NCBI GenBank assembly: GCA_024304995.1
Contig: JAMWZD010000001.1
Location: 129,472-193,471 of the forward strand
Reading direction: 5' to 3'
Length of the DNA: 64,000 nucleotides
From: Rickettsiales bacterium
Lineage (GTDB): Bacteria > Pseudomonadota > Alphaproteobacteria > Rickettsiales > UBA998
The notes beneath the pieces are model-generated. The model saw only the letters and a list, made by a program, of their open reading frames with translations. It was not told the DNA's origin and ran no database searches. How positions within the stretch are numbered: position 1 is the first letter of the stretch; every line of letters begins with the position of its first letter. Made by a program: the position numbers and the translations under genes. Positions 1 through 11,051 of this stretch are shown piece by piece.

Positions 1-1442
1 TCAGCAGCATTACGACCACCACAAGTGATGGATACCGCGATAATTCCGATCAGGAAAATCTGAAGATAAACACTAATGTTGGCTATGATGTGAATGACAC
101 AACACAAACCCGTTTTTATCTTTCAGGCAATATCATTGATCAGGATTTGCCAGGAAGCGTCACCCTGCGCACGGCGCTGGACAACCCAGAAGCAGCAAAT
201 AATTCTGCCATATCCTCCAACTGGCAGCGTGACATTCGCTCCGTGCGCCTTGCCAACAAAACCACCTTTGAAGTGGGTGATGATGATTTGCTGGATGTGG
301 GAGCATTTGTAAATGCAAAAGATCTGTTTCACCCTATCACACCGTTTGTCGGCGTGGTGGATCAGGAAAGTGTGGATTATGGGGCGTATGCACGCGGCTC
401 TGGTGAATATGAATATAGCGGTTTTCGCAATCGCTATCAGCTGGGTATTAACACGCATCTGGGACATACCGCAGCTAAATTATACGCTAATAATAGTGGC
501 AATCGTGGAGATTTACGCGCCGATGCAGATCAGGATGCAAGCAATGTAGTGATATATGGTGAGAACCAGTTTTTCATGCATCCCGAAGTGGCGTTGGTCA
601 CGGGTGGGCAACTGGTCTGGTCACATCGTGATGTGACAGACAACCTCAACGCAGCTGAAAGTGATAGTGATGTTTACAGCTCCTTTAATCCGAAATTAGG
701 CGTGCTGTATGAACCATCATTAGATACGCAGCTATATGCCAATGTCAGCAGAAGCTATGAACCGCCAACATTTACAGAACTCACGCAGGGTGGCACAGTG
801 GGCTTCACTCCGGTGGATGCACAACGCGCATGGACGGCAGAAATTGGCACGCGGGGTGAACGCGCACGTTTCGCGTGGGACATAAGCTTATACCGCGCTT
901 GGATTGATGAGGAAATGCTGCAATTCACCACAGGTGCAGGCATTCCTGCTGCAACATTTAACGCGGAAGACACAGTGCATCAGGGGCTGGAACTTGGCTT
1001 TGATGTGAAAATAGCTGAGCGATTGTTCAATGCGAATGATGGTGTGTTGTGGCGCAATGCCTACACTTATAGCGATTTCTTCTTTGAAGATGACGCGCAA
1101 TATGGTGACAATGACATTCCCGGAATGCCAAAGCATTTTTATCAGTCTGAATTGCGCTACAGCAATGCAGATATATGGCACGCGGCACTTAATTGGGAAC
1201 TGGCAAGCCGTTCTGATGTGGACTTCTCCAACACGGTAGAAACACCGGGTTACGGCATTATTGGCTTTAATGCAGGCTATAATATATCCGACTCACTCGG
1301 ATTCTATCTGGATGCACGCAATCTGCTGGATCAGGAATATATCTCAACCTATAGCACGATTGTCAGTAATGCAGGCAACACGGCAGTGTTTTACCCCGGT
1401 GACGGACGGCGCGTCTTTGCTGGCATGAAATATTCTTTTTAA
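1..1442 (+). CDS. TonB-dependent outer-membrane receptor, C-terminal beta-barrel portion (5' end outside window)
   Basis: Frame 3 is open from base 3, with no stop before the GTG at 90 used by the ORF track. Barrel-like sequence ends in '...FAGMKYSF' with the terminal Phe typical of TonB-dependent receptors. A PepSY protein and tonB follow. Confidence 0.8.
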   Translation, partial: SSITTTTSDGYRDNSDQENLKINTNVGYDVNDTTQTRFYLSGNIIDQDLPGSVTLRTALDNPEAANNSAISSNWQRDIRSVRLANKTTFEVGDDDLLDVGAFVNAKDLFHPITPFVGVVDQESVDYGAYARGSGEYEYSGFRNRYQLGINTHLGHTAAKLYANNSGNRGDLRADADQDASNVVIYGENQFFMHPEVALVTGGQLVWSHRDVTDNLNAAESDSDVYSSFNPKLGVLYEPSLDTQLYANVSRSYEPPTFTELTQGGTVGFTPVDAQRAWTAEIGTRGERARFAWDISLYRAWIDEEMLQFTTGAGIPAATFNAEDTVHQGLELGFDVKIAERLFNANDGVLWRNAYTYSDFFFEDDAQYGDNDIPGMPKHFYQSELRYSNADIWHAALNWELASRSDVDFSNTVETPGYGIIGFNAGYNISDSLGFYLDARNLLDQEYISTYSTIVSNAGNTAVFYPGDGRRVFAGMKYSF

Positions 1443-1457
1443 CGGAAGGGTGTTTTC

Positions 1458-2945
1458 ATGACATCTCGCAAAACACGCTTAAAATTAAGCAGTCTGGCAT
1501 GGCATAAAAAACTGGGATGGATTGGGGGAACAGCGCTCCTCCTTTTCACCTTCTCGGCTTTTATGCATCCGCTGATGGTGTGGACATCGCCACAACCTGC
1601 ATCATTTTATCCACCACAAATGACGCTGGAAGCATCCGCGCTGCCTGACATAGCACAATTGCTTGACATGCAGAATATTCGGGCTGCAAAACTGGTGAAA
1701 ATGCTGCCATCTAACAATAAAACGATGCTACAAATTACGCAGGAACATGACGCAGCGCGGCTCTATATTGATAGCATCACAGGAGAGTTACAAAACACAG
1801 ATTATGATGAAAAACATGCTGTCTGGCTGGCGCGATATTATACTGGCTTGCAGGATACGCCTGTTACACAGGTGGAATTTATCACCGAATTTAGCGAAGA
1901 CTATCCGTGGGTGAATCGCTTGCTACCTGTTTATAAAGTGCATTTTGCAACAGATGATAATCTGCACGCCTATATCTATACTGAAACCAATGCACTTGGT
2001 GCGCTCAGCAATGACTGGAAAGAATTGCTGCAAGGAATATTCCAGACGCTGCATACCTTCAGCTGGCTGGATGGTTTAGAAATTCCCAGAATTGCGCTCA
2101 TGCTGATATTACTGATTAGCGTGCTGGTCATGGCAGCCACAGGAACAGCCATGATTTTCACGTTCAAACGCCGCGCCATGAAAGACGGCAAACGCCGCTG
2201 GCATCGCCGCATTGCCTATGTCATCTGGATTCCCATTTTTGCACTTGCCATCAGTGGCACAATTCATCTGCTCTATTACAGTGTAAACAATGCTTCAGGC
2301 GGCATTAAGCTGGCAGACGCTATGCCGCTGGACAAATTGTCAGAAACACGGACCAACTGGCAGCAGCGTTATGAGAATGTGCCGCTTAATTCTGTGAGCC
2401 TGGTAATGCATGATAATCAGTTTTATTACCGTCTGGGAATTGCCGCTGGAAAGCATGGGCAAGAAGTGAGCCGTCATCAGCGGTTTGACGGCACGGCGAT
2501 AGAAACGTCCGCATTATATATTCATGCAGATACTGGCGAAGAATCCGCTTTAAATGATGCGGCGTTCGCGTTGCAATTGGCTGACAATTTAACAGGGAAA
2601 GATGCAGCGCAATTTTCTGTGCCTGAAATAGTCACCTCGTTTTCGCCTGATTATGATTTTCGCAATAAACGCCTGCCCGTGTGGAAATTAACATCGGTTG
2701 ATGATGCAAGAAAGCGCATCTTCATCGACCCTGCTTCACAGATTCTGGTCGAACAGGTAAGCGCATCTGCATATATTGAAGGGCGCTCTTTTTCATGGCT
2801 GCATAAATGGAATATGCTTACACCTGTGTTTGGGCGCATAGGGCGGGATGTGTTCGTAATGATCATTCTGGTCATATCCTTCACATCAGCAGCGCTTGGC
2901 ATGGTGATGTTATGGCGCGTTACAAAGCACAGGAAAAACCTGTGA
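1458..2945 (+). CDS. PepSY-associated transmembrane protein (PiuB-like, iron-uptake associated)
   Basis: The N-terminus 'LAWHKKLGWIGGTALLLF' and C-terminus 'WLHKWNMLTPVFGRIGRDVFVMIILV' resemble PepSY_TM helices, with several TM segments. It sits between the receptor gene and tonB. Confidence 0.55.
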   Translation: MTSRKTRLKLSSLAWHKKLGWIGGTALLLFTFSAFMHPLMVWTSPQPASFYPPQMTLEASALPDIAQLLDMQNIRAAKLVKMLPSNNKTMLQITQEHDAARLYIDSITGELQNTDYDEKHAVWLARYYTGLQDTPVTQVEFITEFSEDYPWVNRLLPVYKVHFATDDNLHAYIYTETNALGALSNDWKELLQGIFQTLHTFSWLDGLEIPRIALMLILLISVLVMAATGTAMIFTFKRRAMKDGKRRWHRRIAYVIWIPIFALAISGTIHLLYYSVNNASGGIKLADAMPLDKLSETRTNWQQRYENVPLNSVSLVMHDNQFYYRLGIAAGKHGQEVSRHQRFDGTAIETSALYIHADTGEESALNDAAFALQLADNLTGKDAAQFSVPEIVTSFSPDYDFRNKRLPVWKLTSVDDARKRIFIDPASQILVEQVSASAYIEGRSFSWLHKWNMLTPVFGRIGRDVFVMIILVISFTSAALGMVMLWRVTKHRKNL

Positions 2946-3604
2946 TGGCACGCTGGTTTTCTTATGCAGTGTCTGCGCTGGTGCATGTGTCTGTGGTCAT
3001 AGGTGTCGCACAGATTGCCTATGACACGCCGCCCAAAGCGCCCCTTCGCGCTCATGCTCATCTGGTGGAACTGGTGGTGCAGCACGCCCCCCCTGCCCCA
3101 CAAAAGGCAGACGCAGCGCCATCACCCAATGCAACGGTTGAGAAAAACCAAACGCAACCTGTTAAAAAACCTTCTGTTGTTGCAAAAGCAACGCCAGAAA
3201 AGCAAAAGAAGACTACCCATAAGCCAATTGCTGCGACATCAGCTGCAACGCCTAACACCACCAAGCATAATGCAGGCATAAAAAGCAGTAATACGACCAG
3301 AAAGACAGGCAGCGCATCTGATGTAATCAGCAAACCATATGCCGCACAATATCTGAACAACCCTGCCCCGAAATATCCAAGACGTGCCAAACGCAAAAAG
3401 CAGGAAGGAACCGTATTATTGCGCGTGAACGTATCTGCACAAGGCACAGTCAGCGGGTTGCATATGTTGCAATCCAGCGGCTATGAGGCTTTAGATTCAT
3501 CCGCCATTAAAACGGTGCGTCACTGGAAATTCATCCCCGCCAAACGTGGCAACAGCGCTATCGCAGCATCAGTAAATGTGCCTATCATTTTTCAATTGAA
3601 ATAG
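2945..3604 (+). CDS. tonB: Energy transducer TonB
   Basis: The ATG at 2945 overlaps the preceding TGA by 1 nt. It has an N-terminal TM anchor ('FSYAVSALVHVSVVIGVA'), a Pro/Lys/Ala-rich spacer, and a TonB_C-like end ('YPRRAKRKKQEGTVLLRVNVSAQGTV...IKTVRHWKFIPAKRGN'). The ORF-track start at 2807 is an upstream extension. Confidence 0.8.
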   Translation: MARWFSYAVSALVHVSVVIGVAQIAYDTPPKAPLRAHAHLVELVVQHAPPAPQKADAAPSPNATVEKNQTQPVKKPSVVAKATPEKQKKTTHKPIAATSAATPNTTKHNAGIKSSNTTRKTGSASDVISKPYAAQYLNNPAPKYPRRAKRKKQEGTVLLRVNVSAQGTVSGLHMLQSSGYEALDSSAIKTVRHWKFIPAKRGNSAIAASVNVPIIFQLK

Positions 3605-3703
3605 AATAATACCCTACGGAAATTTCATCATTCTATAACACTTAAAAAACCACGCTATATTTTTTGAAGTCCCACTATAACAGGATATGATAAATCTATT
3701 TCA

Positions 3704-6139
3704 TTACACTTTAAAGAAACAAATCAGGTTCACCAACTCCTTGCCCTGATCAGAAAGTGAATGCGCAGTAGCGGTGTTTTCTTCCACTAATGCAGCATTT
3801 TGCTGCGTTGTTTCATCCATGTTGGAGATGGCACTATTGATTTCCAGAATGCCGCGCAACTGTTCGCTGCTGGAGATGGAAATAACCTTCACCAATTCCT
3901 GCACAGTGTTGACGGAACTGTTGATTTCTTCAAGCGTTTCACCTGATTGATTCACCAGCTCTACGCCCGAAGTTACTTTCTGCAGATTCTGTGTGATGAG
4001 ATTTTTAATCTCTTTGGATGCAGAGGCAGAACGCCCTGCAAGGGAACGCACCTCACTTGCAACAACGGCAAACCCTTTGCCAGCTTCGCCTGCGCGCGCC
4101 GCCTCCACGGCAGCATTGATGGCAAGCAGATTGGTCTGGAAGGCAATTTCATCTATCACGCTGACAATATTTGCCACTTTGTTTGATGCGTTGCTAATAT
4201 CGTTCATGGTGCGAACCACCACCTGCACTACTTCCGCGCCGCGCTGCGCCACTTCGGCAGATTCCTGTGAAAGTTTTTGCGCTGATTGGGCGTTGCTGGT
4301 ATTTTCTTCCACAGCATTGGTGATTGCTTTCATTGAAGCCGAGGTTTCTGCAATGGTTGCCGCCTGATTTTCGGTGCGCTGCGCCAGATCCTGACTGGCT
4401 TGCGCTGTTTCTTCTGCTGCATTGCTGACAGAATCAGAAGCGTGACGGATTTGCCTTACTGTGCTTTCAAGATGCTCGACCGTCTTGTTGAAATCTTCCT
4501 TGATATTGTCAAAGATGCCGTAACATTCTTCATTAATGCGATAATTCAGATCACCTTCTGCCAGAGCTTCCAGTGCTTTGCGAATGGTCTGCAGCCCTTG
4601 CAGGGTGGTGCTGCCAATATTATTCATGCTTTCGCCGAGTGTTTTCAGCAAGCCGTCCTTGCCTTTTGTGTCAAGGCGTTGCGTATAATCTCCACGGGCG
4701 CAGGCTTCAATCACACTGGACACTTCCTGCGTAATCAGTTTTTCCTGTTCTTCAACGGCTTTTTTGCGTGCAGCTTCTGCTTCCAGTTCACGCTGCTGCG
4801 CATCTTTTTCTTCTTTCAGCTTGCGTTGCAATTCTTCTTCTTTGAGTCGCGCTTCACGTTTTGCGTCTTCCTGCACACGTGCCAGCCTTTCTGCTTCTGC
4901 CTGCTTTTGCAGTTCCTGTTCACGAGCAAACGCTTCTTTTTCCTTTTCTTTTAACAGATTTTGTTCAATCGCATTATCTTTAAACACTTCAATAGATGCC
5001 GCCATATTGCCAATTTCATCCTTCCTCCCCGTGCCAGGAATATCCACATTGGTGTTGCCTTCCGCCAGAATATTCATACAATCTGTCATAGCGTGCAATG
5101 GGCGAATGACTTTACAAATTAAGACATATAACGCAGCTATCACCGTGATCGCATTTAATGCAAGCAAGCCAAGATTCAGCCATAAACGTTGATTGGCAGA
5201 TGCCAGCAAGCTATCCACATATCGCTCAGTTTCCTTGCCAGAAGCTGTCTGCATGGCAAGAATGGAGTTAATGGCGTTAGTTGAATCTGCAATCCATTTT
5301 TTGGTGGTGAGTGGGTATGGCGATCCATTTGTTGCGGCTGCATATACTGCATTTCTGATGGTCTGAAATTCCTTAAAAAATGTTGAGTCAACTTTCTGGA
5401 TTTCGTTTTTAACATTGCCGCTTGAATGCGCACCCAGTTTTTTGACTATCCCCCAGCCAGTTTCCACATTGCCACGATATTTTGAAAGAGTAGCCAGTTT
5501 TTTGTTGCTCATCATAGTGCCAGATGAGATCATCCCGCCAATAATGGCGCGCTCTCTGCCAGAATATTCACTCATCATCCACTGAAAATGTTTAAGCTGT
5601 GACTGCCGCCCCAGTTCCGCATCGGTCATCGCTGTTTTCTCGGTCAGTGCAAAACGCAGATCCTGACTGGAAACAATCAGTTTGGACATGGTAGGAACCC
5701 ATGATTTAAGCAGGGTGGCATCTCTGAATATTTTAGGCTTGGTCAGATTTTTGTCTGCCTGTGCGCGGTACTTATTGGCTTTGTTAAAAGCCTCTGCCAC
5801 TACGTTTGACAACGCTTCCTTGCCTTCAAATTCATAAGAAGCCATTTGTTTGATTGCTTTGTCAAAGGCTGCGTTGCCATTGGTGCGGCGAGTCATGATA
5901 ATTTTGAGCATATCCTCATTCACAGGCGTATCTGCACTGAGTGCAGCATTTGTAACGCCACGTTCCACCGCCCAGTTCCCCGCTGCTTCAAGCAACAGGT
6001 CAATCGTCTCATTGCTGTTTTTTGAAAAGGTGAATATCTGTTTTTGCTGCCACGCATCATAAACATTCACGCCAGAAAACCCTGCGATGAACACGGCCAG
6101 AATGCTGAAAAAGGTCAGTAATGTGTTTTTAATGCTCAT
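3704..6139 (-). CDS. Methyl-accepting chemotaxis protein with periplasmic helical (possibly NIT-like) sensor, HAMP, E/K-rich helix and signalling domain
   Basis: N-terminal TM, a second TM followed by a HAMP-like segment, and the conserved MCP tip '[41 protein letters not shown]'. The sensor region carries '[13 protein letters not shown]' and 'GRERAIIGG' motifs, so the NIT assignment is tentative. Confidence 0.9.
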   Translation of the reverse strand: MSIKNTLLTFFSILAVFIAGFSGVNVYDAWQQKQIFTFSKNSNETIDLLLEAAGNWAVERGVTNAALSADTPVNEDMLKIIMTRRTNGNAAFDKAIKQMASYEFEGKEALSNVVAEAFNKANKYRAQADKNLTKPKIFRDATLLKSWVPTMSKLIVSSQDLRFALTEKTAMTDAELGRQSQLKHFQWMMSEYSGRERAIIGGMISSGTMMSNKKLATLSKYRGNVETGWGIVKKLGAHSSGNVKNEIQKVDSTFFKEFQTIRNAVYAAATNGSPYPLTTKKWIADSTNAINSILAMQTASGKETERYVDSLLASANQRLWLNLGLLALNAITVIAALYVLICKVIRPLHAMTDCMNILAEGNTNVDIPGTGRKDEIGNMAASIEVFKDNAIEQNLLKEKEKEAFAREQELQKQAEAERLARVQEDAKREARLKEEELQRKLKEEKDAQQRELEAEAARKKAVEEQEKLITQEVSSVIEACARGDYTQRLDTKGKDGLLKTLGESMNNIGSTTLQGLQTIRKALEALAEGDLNYRINEECYGIFDNIKEDFNKTVEHLESTVRQIRHASDSVSNAAEETAQASQDLAQRTENQAATIAETSASMKAITNAVEENTSNAQSAQKLSQESAEVAQRGAEVVQVVVRTMNDISNASNKVANIVSVIDEIAFQTNLLAINAAVEAARAGEAGKGFAVVASEVRSLAGRSASASKEIKNLITQNLQKVTSGVELVNQSGETLEEINSSVNTVQELVKVISISSSEQLRGILEINSAISNMDETTQQNAALVEENTATAHSLSDQGKELVNLICFFKV

Positions 6140-6154
6140 AATTTTCTCAACCGT

Positions 6155-7408
6155 CTATAGTTTAAGTCCCAGACCGAGAATGAATTTCTGCGTGTCAGAA
6201 GCAAATGTGTCTGCGTGATAATCTGCGTAGCGTGCTTCAATGTAATATCGCTGCATAATGGGCATATGCCCTGTGACATCCCACTCAGTGCCAAAATTCT
6301 GATTAGTGTCTTCAGATGAGAAATCGTGATATTGCGTTTTCAGCTTTAATCCATTGAGCTGGGGAAGAATGTCTGATGAATGATGCTGATAGCTCACATC
6401 AATATAAGCATCTTCCAGACCAGTTGCAGGCGTATTGAGGAAAATATCTGCAAAGCCGTTAAATTTGTGCAAGGTGGCAAGCGGAGTGCTGAATGCAATT
6501 GCGCCATTGTCACTGCCCAGCACTTCATATCCCAGCGTTGCGGTGATGCCATATGCACTGATGGCAGGGGCAAGATGATAATAATCCGCATCATAGCTCA
6601 CTGCATTATTGCCATAATCACTTTGGTGGGCATATTCAGCGTGATATTTGAAGGAGACATCACTATTAATCGGCACTGCTCCTTTCAGGCTTGCGCCGTA
6701 ACTTTGCGAAGATAGTGCAGGTGCATCATCCTGAAAATCCAGCAAGTAAGCATATGCCGTAATATTACCTATAGTATAAGACGAATTATTGATGTTTAAA
6801 ATGTGGCTGTCTGAATCAAAATCACCTATTGGTGAGTCTGTGCCAAAAATGCGGTTCACATTGTTGAGATAGCCATACATAATTTTTGTGTCTGGCAAAG
6901 ACGTATTATATATCGTCGCGGCATCAAAAGTCTGGTCATTCTGCCGCCAGCCAACAGAACCAATAAAACGCTGTTCATCCAGATTAATGCGCTCACGACC
7001 AATTCGAAGTCGGGTCTCTGGCAGACCGTTATATTCCAGAAATAACTGATTAATGGCAGTATCTTCCACATCAGCCACTACAGGGTGCGAGGTGCGTCCA
7101 TTTAGCGTATCATTATAATTGTCACTGCCAATCTGCGCGATATTTTCAAATTCTGCCAGCGCGGAAAAATCATACAGATTTCCTGTTTTATATCCCAGAC
7201 GGGTTCTGAGCGTGGATGCATGAGCATCTTCAGGAAGATTGTCCTGCGATACATATTCATAACGATAACGCATATCCAGCCATGCATCACCTTCCTTAAA
7301 AGCGTTGACAAGTGCGTCTGATGCAAATGCAGGAAGCGCAGTGGCAGACATCGCAGTTGAACACACAAATATAAAAGACAGTTTTTTATGCAAATTTTTC
7401 ATATTCAC
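6155..7408 (-). CDS. Outer-membrane beta-barrel protein (porin-like, possibly alginate-export family)
   Basis: Signal peptide 'MSATALPAFA/SD', alternating aromatic/Gly barrel pattern, and an early 'WLDMRYRYEYVSQD...LRTRLGYKTG' stretch. The family assignment is from memory only. Confidence 0.5.
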   Translation of the reverse strand: MNMKNLHKKLSFIFVCSTAMSATALPAFASDALVNAFKEGDAWLDMRYRYEYVSQDNLPEDAHASTLRTRLGYKTGNLYDFSALAEFENIAQIGSDNYNDTLNGRTSHPVVADVEDTAINQLFLEYNGLPETRLRIGRERINLDEQRFIGSVGWRQNDQTFDAATIYNTSLPDTKIMYGYLNNVNRIFGTDSPIGDFDSDSHILNINNSSYTIGNITAYAYLLDFQDDAPALSSQSYGASLKGAVPINSDVSFKYHAEYAHQSDYGNNAVSYDADYYHLAPAISAYGITATLGYEVLGSDNGAIAFSTPLATLHKFNGFADIFLNTPATGLEDAYIDVSYQHHSSDILPQLNGLKLKTQYHDFSSEDTNQNFGTEWDVTGHMPIMQRYYIEARYADYHADTFASDTQKFILGLGLKL

Positions 7409-7631
7409 ACTATCAGCAAAAAATCTTTAAATTCTGATAACGAGATTACTAAATATGATTATCTTTATTACAGAAGGTCATTTCAAAGAAATTTTGAGCG
7501 ATAATCTCAATTCGCTAGTCACATTAACCATATAATTACATTATATTTACGTAATCTTATCCTTCTTTCTTTAAAACCATAAGTAGAAATCAAATTAACT
7601 TAAATGCCGTCTTCCCTGAAAAATAGGTGTC

Positions 7632-10142
7632 GTGATGAAAACTGTGAATATATCTAAAAAAATACCGCTCTTTATTGTGTTTGCAACTTTTGTCAGTTGC
7701 CTGATCATCGGGATACTTGCCGAGAATATTTCTCGCAGCACGTTAGTAAGTTCACTTGAAAATAAACTTGAAGTATTGCTCGCATCGCGTAATTCTGAAC
7801 TCCAACGCTACCTTCATTCTATACAAGAAGATTTAACTGTTACTGCAGAAAATGCGCAAACAAAAACTGCTATTACAGAATTTTCTCAAGGATGGGATGC
7901 ACTTGGCATTGCGCAAAAACAATACCTTCAGGATAGCTATATTCATGATAATCCTTATCCATTAGGAGAAAAACACAAGCTGGATTACGCTACTGGCAAT
8001 ACGCTCTATAACGCAGTACACGCCAAACACCACCTTTGGTTTCGTAACCTTTTAGAATCGCGCGGATATTATGATATTTTCTTATTTGATCTAAATGGAA
8101 ACCTGATCTACAGCGTGTTCAAAGAGCTGGATTATGCGACCAACATGCTCAGCGGTGAATATAAAAATACGGATATTGCCAATGCATATCGTGCAGCAGC
8201 TGCACCTGAGGTAAATAAAAGCAAGCAATTCTTTTTTGATTTCAAGCCGTATGCGCCAAGTCATGGTGCGCCTGCCAGTTTCATCTCTCAACCTGTTTTT
8301 GACAATGGCAAAAAAATCGGCGTACTAATTTTCCAAATGCCAATAGACCGCATTAATAAAATCATGTCTGCAAGTGATGGTTTGGGTAAAACAGGCGAGA
8401 CCTATATTCTCGGAGAAGATTATTTTATGCGTAATGATTCACGCTTGAGTGAAGACAGCACTATTTTGAAGCAACAGGTAAAAACAAACACTGCAAAGGC
8501 AGCATTACAAGGAAAATCAGGCATTGAAATCGTTACGGATTATCGCAATGAAAAAGTATTTTCTGCCTATATGCCATTTAACTTCATGTCTGCCAACTGG
8601 GCCATTTTAGCTGAACAGGATTATGCAGAAGTAATGGCCCCTGTAGATAAACTACAAACGAAAATTATCATGATTGGCACTATCGTTATCCTGTTTATGA
8701 TAGCGCTGGGTTATATGGCATCTCGCACCATTACAATTCCTTTGCAAAATATAAGCGATGTCTTAAGAAGATTAGCTGAAGGCAAAATGAATACTTCAAT
8801 AGATCATACAGAACGTGATGATGAAATTGGTAGTCTGGCACAAGCCGCACTTTTATTTAAAAAATATATTGAAGATAATCAAAAACTCGAAGCTCAGGAA
8901 CGAGAACGTGCCGCGGCTATGCAGAAGATAGAAGAAGAAAAACGTCTTGCTGCATTGCAGGCAGAAAAAGAAAAATTGGCACGTGACAGAGAAGAGGAAA
9001 ATGCTGAACGTCAACGTCTTGAAGAGCAGCGCAAAGAACGTCTGGAAGCGGAAGAACGTGCAAAAAATGAGCGTGCTCAAGCCATTGCACAACAAGAAAA
9101 ACGCATAGCTGAAGAAATTTCAAGCATTATTGAAGCATGTAAAAACGGGGATTACAGCAAACGTTTAGATATAGAAGGAAAACAAGGATTATTGCTAACT
9201 CTTAGCCAGAATATGAACGAAATCGGTGAAGTGACGCAAAATGGACTATCTATGATCAAATCAGCTATTGCATCTCTTGCAGAAGGCGATTTGCGTTACC
9301 GCATGAATGATAATTGCAAAGGTATCTTTAATGACATTAAAACTGATTTCAACAAAACAGTTGAACATCTGGAAGATACTGTAAATCATATTAAACAATC
9401 AGCAGATTCTGTGAACACTGCCGCGCAGGAAATTGCACAAGGTAGCGCAGATCTGGCGTATCGCACAGAAACACAGGCCTCTACATTAGCTGAAACTTCC
9501 ACCGCCATGCAATCTTTAACTAATACAGTAAAAGAAAATGCAGGCACTGCCAAAAACGCGCAGGAACTTTCAAAAGAATCTGCGAAGGCAGCTGCACATG
9601 GCGGTCAGGTGATTTCTGAGGTTATGAAAACTATGCATAATATTAGTGATGCTTCACAAAAAGTAGTGAATATCATTAGTGTAATTGATGAAATTGCCTT
9701 TCAAACCAATTTACTGGCACTCAATGCGGCCGTGGAAGCAGCACGTGCGGGTGAGGCTGGAAAAGGCTTTGCCGTGGTGGCAAGTGAAGTACGCTCTCTT
9801 GCTGGGCGTTCGGCATCAGCATCTAAAGAAATTAAAACACTCATCAATAACAGCGTAGAGCGTGTGGATTCTGGTGTAGAACTAGTCAATCAGTCTGGTG
9901 AAACATTAGAAAATATTATTGAGTCTGCCAACAAAGTGTTGGAGTTGATTCAGGTCATTTCTATCTCCAGCAATAATCAGGCACATGATATTGATGAGAT
10001 GAGCGGTGCGATTTACAATATTGATGAAACAACGCAGCAAAATGCAGCATTAGTGGAAGAAAACACTGCGACTGCGCAATCCATGTCTGATCAGGGCGCA
10101 AGCCTTGTGGCATTGATGAAGTTTTTCACCACAAATAATTAA
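7632..10142 (+). CDS. Methyl-accepting chemotaxis protein with double-Cache-like periplasmic sensor, HAMP, E/K-rich helix and signalling domain
   Basis: Cache-like motifs ('[20 protein letters not shown]', '[19 protein letters not shown]', '[12 protein letters not shown]'), two TM segments, and the MCP tip '[41 protein letters not shown]'. Confidence 0.9.
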   Translation: MMKTVNISKKIPLFIVFATFVSCLIIGILAENISRSTLVSSLENKLEVLLASRNSELQRYLHSIQEDLTVTAENAQTKTAITEFSQGWDALGIAQKQYLQDSYIHDNPYPLGEKHKLDYATGNTLYNAVHAKHHLWFRNLLESRGYYDIFLFDLNGNLIYSVFKELDYATNMLSGEYKNTDIANAYRAAAAPEVNKSKQFFFDFKPYAPSHGAPASFISQPVFDNGKKIGVLIFQMPIDRINKIMSASDGLGKTGETYILGEDYFMRNDSRLSEDSTILKQQVKTNTAKAALQGKSGIEIVTDYRNEKVFSAYMPFNFMSANWAILAEQDYAEVMAPVDKLQTKIIMIGTIVILFMIALGYMASRTITIPLQNISDVLRRLAEGKMNTSIDHTERDDEIGSLAQAALLFKKYIEDNQKLEAQERERAAAMQKIEEEKRLAALQAEKEKLARDREEENAERQRLEEQRKERLEAEERAKNERAQAIAQQEKRIAEEISSIIEACKNGDYSKRLDIEGKQGLLLTLSQNMNEIGEVTQNGLSMIKSAIASLAEGDLRYRMNDNCKGIFNDIKTDFNKTVEHLEDTVNHIKQSADSVNTAAQEIAQGSADLAYRTETQASTLAETSTAMQSLTNTVKENAGTAKNAQELSKESAKAAAHGGQVISEVMKTMHNISDASQKVVNIISVIDEIAFQTNLLALNAAVEAARAGEAGKGFAVVASEVRSLAGRSASASKEIKTLINNSVERVDSGVELVNQSGETLENIIESANKVLELIQVISISSNNQAHDIDEMSGAIYNIDETTQQNAALVEENTATAQSMSDQGASLVALMKFFTTNN

Positions 10143-10160
10143 TTTTTAGATTCTGAAGGT

Positions 10161-10895
10161 ATGATTATGAACAGTAACAGCTTATTTACTACATTATTTA
10201 TTACAACTTTTACGAGTTTTTTTTCTCACGCTCAAGAACCTAAAGATTTAAATTATTACGGTGAGTTAAACGCAACTACCACCCTTATCTCAGAATATCT
10301 GTTTCGCGGCATTTCACAATCTGACGAAAAACCAGCCCTGCAAGGCAGCGTGGACTGGTCTCATAGAAACGGACTATATGCTGGTATTTGGGCATCCAAT
10401 GTAGATTTCAATGATGGAAATCAATCCCGCGTGGAAATTGATTATTATGCAGGTTATATTCATAATGTTGAAGACTGGGCGTTTGAAGGTGGCATTGTGC
10501 ATTATAGCTACCCCGGTGCAGCGCCCAGCCTGCAATATGATTATACGGAATTAAAAGCTGCTGCGGCTTATACCTATCATGACATCACCACACAAGCGAC
10601 CGTGTTTTTCAGCACGGACTATTTTGGTGGCGCTGGCAAGTCAGGCTATTATGAATTAGCTGCTTCAAAACCTGTAGGAGATTCATTCAATGTGTTTGCA
10701 CATGCAGGACATCAAACGATTGAAGTGAATCAGAATTACGGCGTCCCCGACTATACTAACTGGGGCATTGGCGCAACCTACATGCACGAACTGGCAGATT
10801 TGACTGTGCAATATAGCGATACAGATTTAAGCCGTGGTGAATGCAATGATGGGTGTGAAGCAGGCATTCTTTTCAGCATTTCAAAGACGTTTTAA
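10161..10895 (+). CDS. Small outer-membrane beta-barrel protein (TIGR02001/Gcw_chp-like)
   Basis: Signal-like N-terminus. 'LISEYLFRGISQSDEKPALQGSVDW...GLYAGIWASNVDF' resembles the TIGR02001 family signature as remembered. The alternating pattern ends in '...FSISKTF'. Confidence 0.6.
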   Translation: MIMNSNSLFTTLFITTFTSFFSHAQEPKDLNYYGELNATTTLISEYLFRGISQSDEKPALQGSVDWSHRNGLYAGIWASNVDFNDGNQSRVEIDYYAGYIHNVEDWAFEGGIVHYSYPGAAPSLQYDYTELKAAAAYTYHDITTQATVFFSTDYFGGAGKSGYYELAASKPVGDSFNVFAHAGHQTIEVNQNYGVPDYTNWGIGATYMHELADLTVQYSDTDLSRGECNDGCEAGILFSISKTF

Positions 10896-11051
10896 CAGAG
10901 TGCGAAAACTATTGCGCTAAACAATATATCTCAGCGTTTTCATGCTCAGTTAACAAAATAACATTATGAAAATTAATCAAAATTTTACTACAAAATTTTA
11001 AGCTAAGCAAAGATTCGTAATGATGCGAAGCGCAACAAAGAGGGATGGCAG

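Noticed and set aside
2807-2944. Long N-terminal extensions suggested by the ORF track for tonB (2807), dabA (23339), tatB (40223), ybeY (45144), the response regulator (34336) and the kinase (33599)
   Set aside because: In each case an internal ATG gives a canonical N-terminus, a 1-4 nt overlap or an SD-spaced junction with the upstream gene. The extensions would overlap neighbouring coding regions.
4040-4200. Possible gene conversion among the three MCP genes, because a stretch of about 50 aa around the hairpin tip is identical
   Set aside because: Direct comparison of the nucleotide sequences (for example 9691-9840 versus 16301-16450) shows many synonymous differences. The identity therefore reflects purifying selection on the protein rather than recent DNA exchange.
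3993-4367. ORFs sharing a '...DADAERPA(R/S)[22 protein letters not shown]...' sequence (also at 9701..9889 and 16141..16596) that look like a conserved small-protein family
   Set aside because: Each is the antisense translation of the invariant MCP hairpin-tip region of the three chemoreceptor genes. The apparent conservation is inherited from the sense strand.
4400-5192. Phe/Leu/Ser/Cys-rich ORFs (4400..4954, 4764..5192; similarly 8853..9095 and 8917..9123)
   Set aside because: They are antisense or out-of-frame readings of the Glu/Lys-rich helix segments of the MCP genes. They are low-complexity artefacts.
10896-11051. A sigma-28 or sigma-54 type promoter upstream of the che operon
   Set aside because: I looked for TAAA-N15-GCCGATAA and GG-N10-GC patterns and found no convincing match. 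No promoter is claimed.
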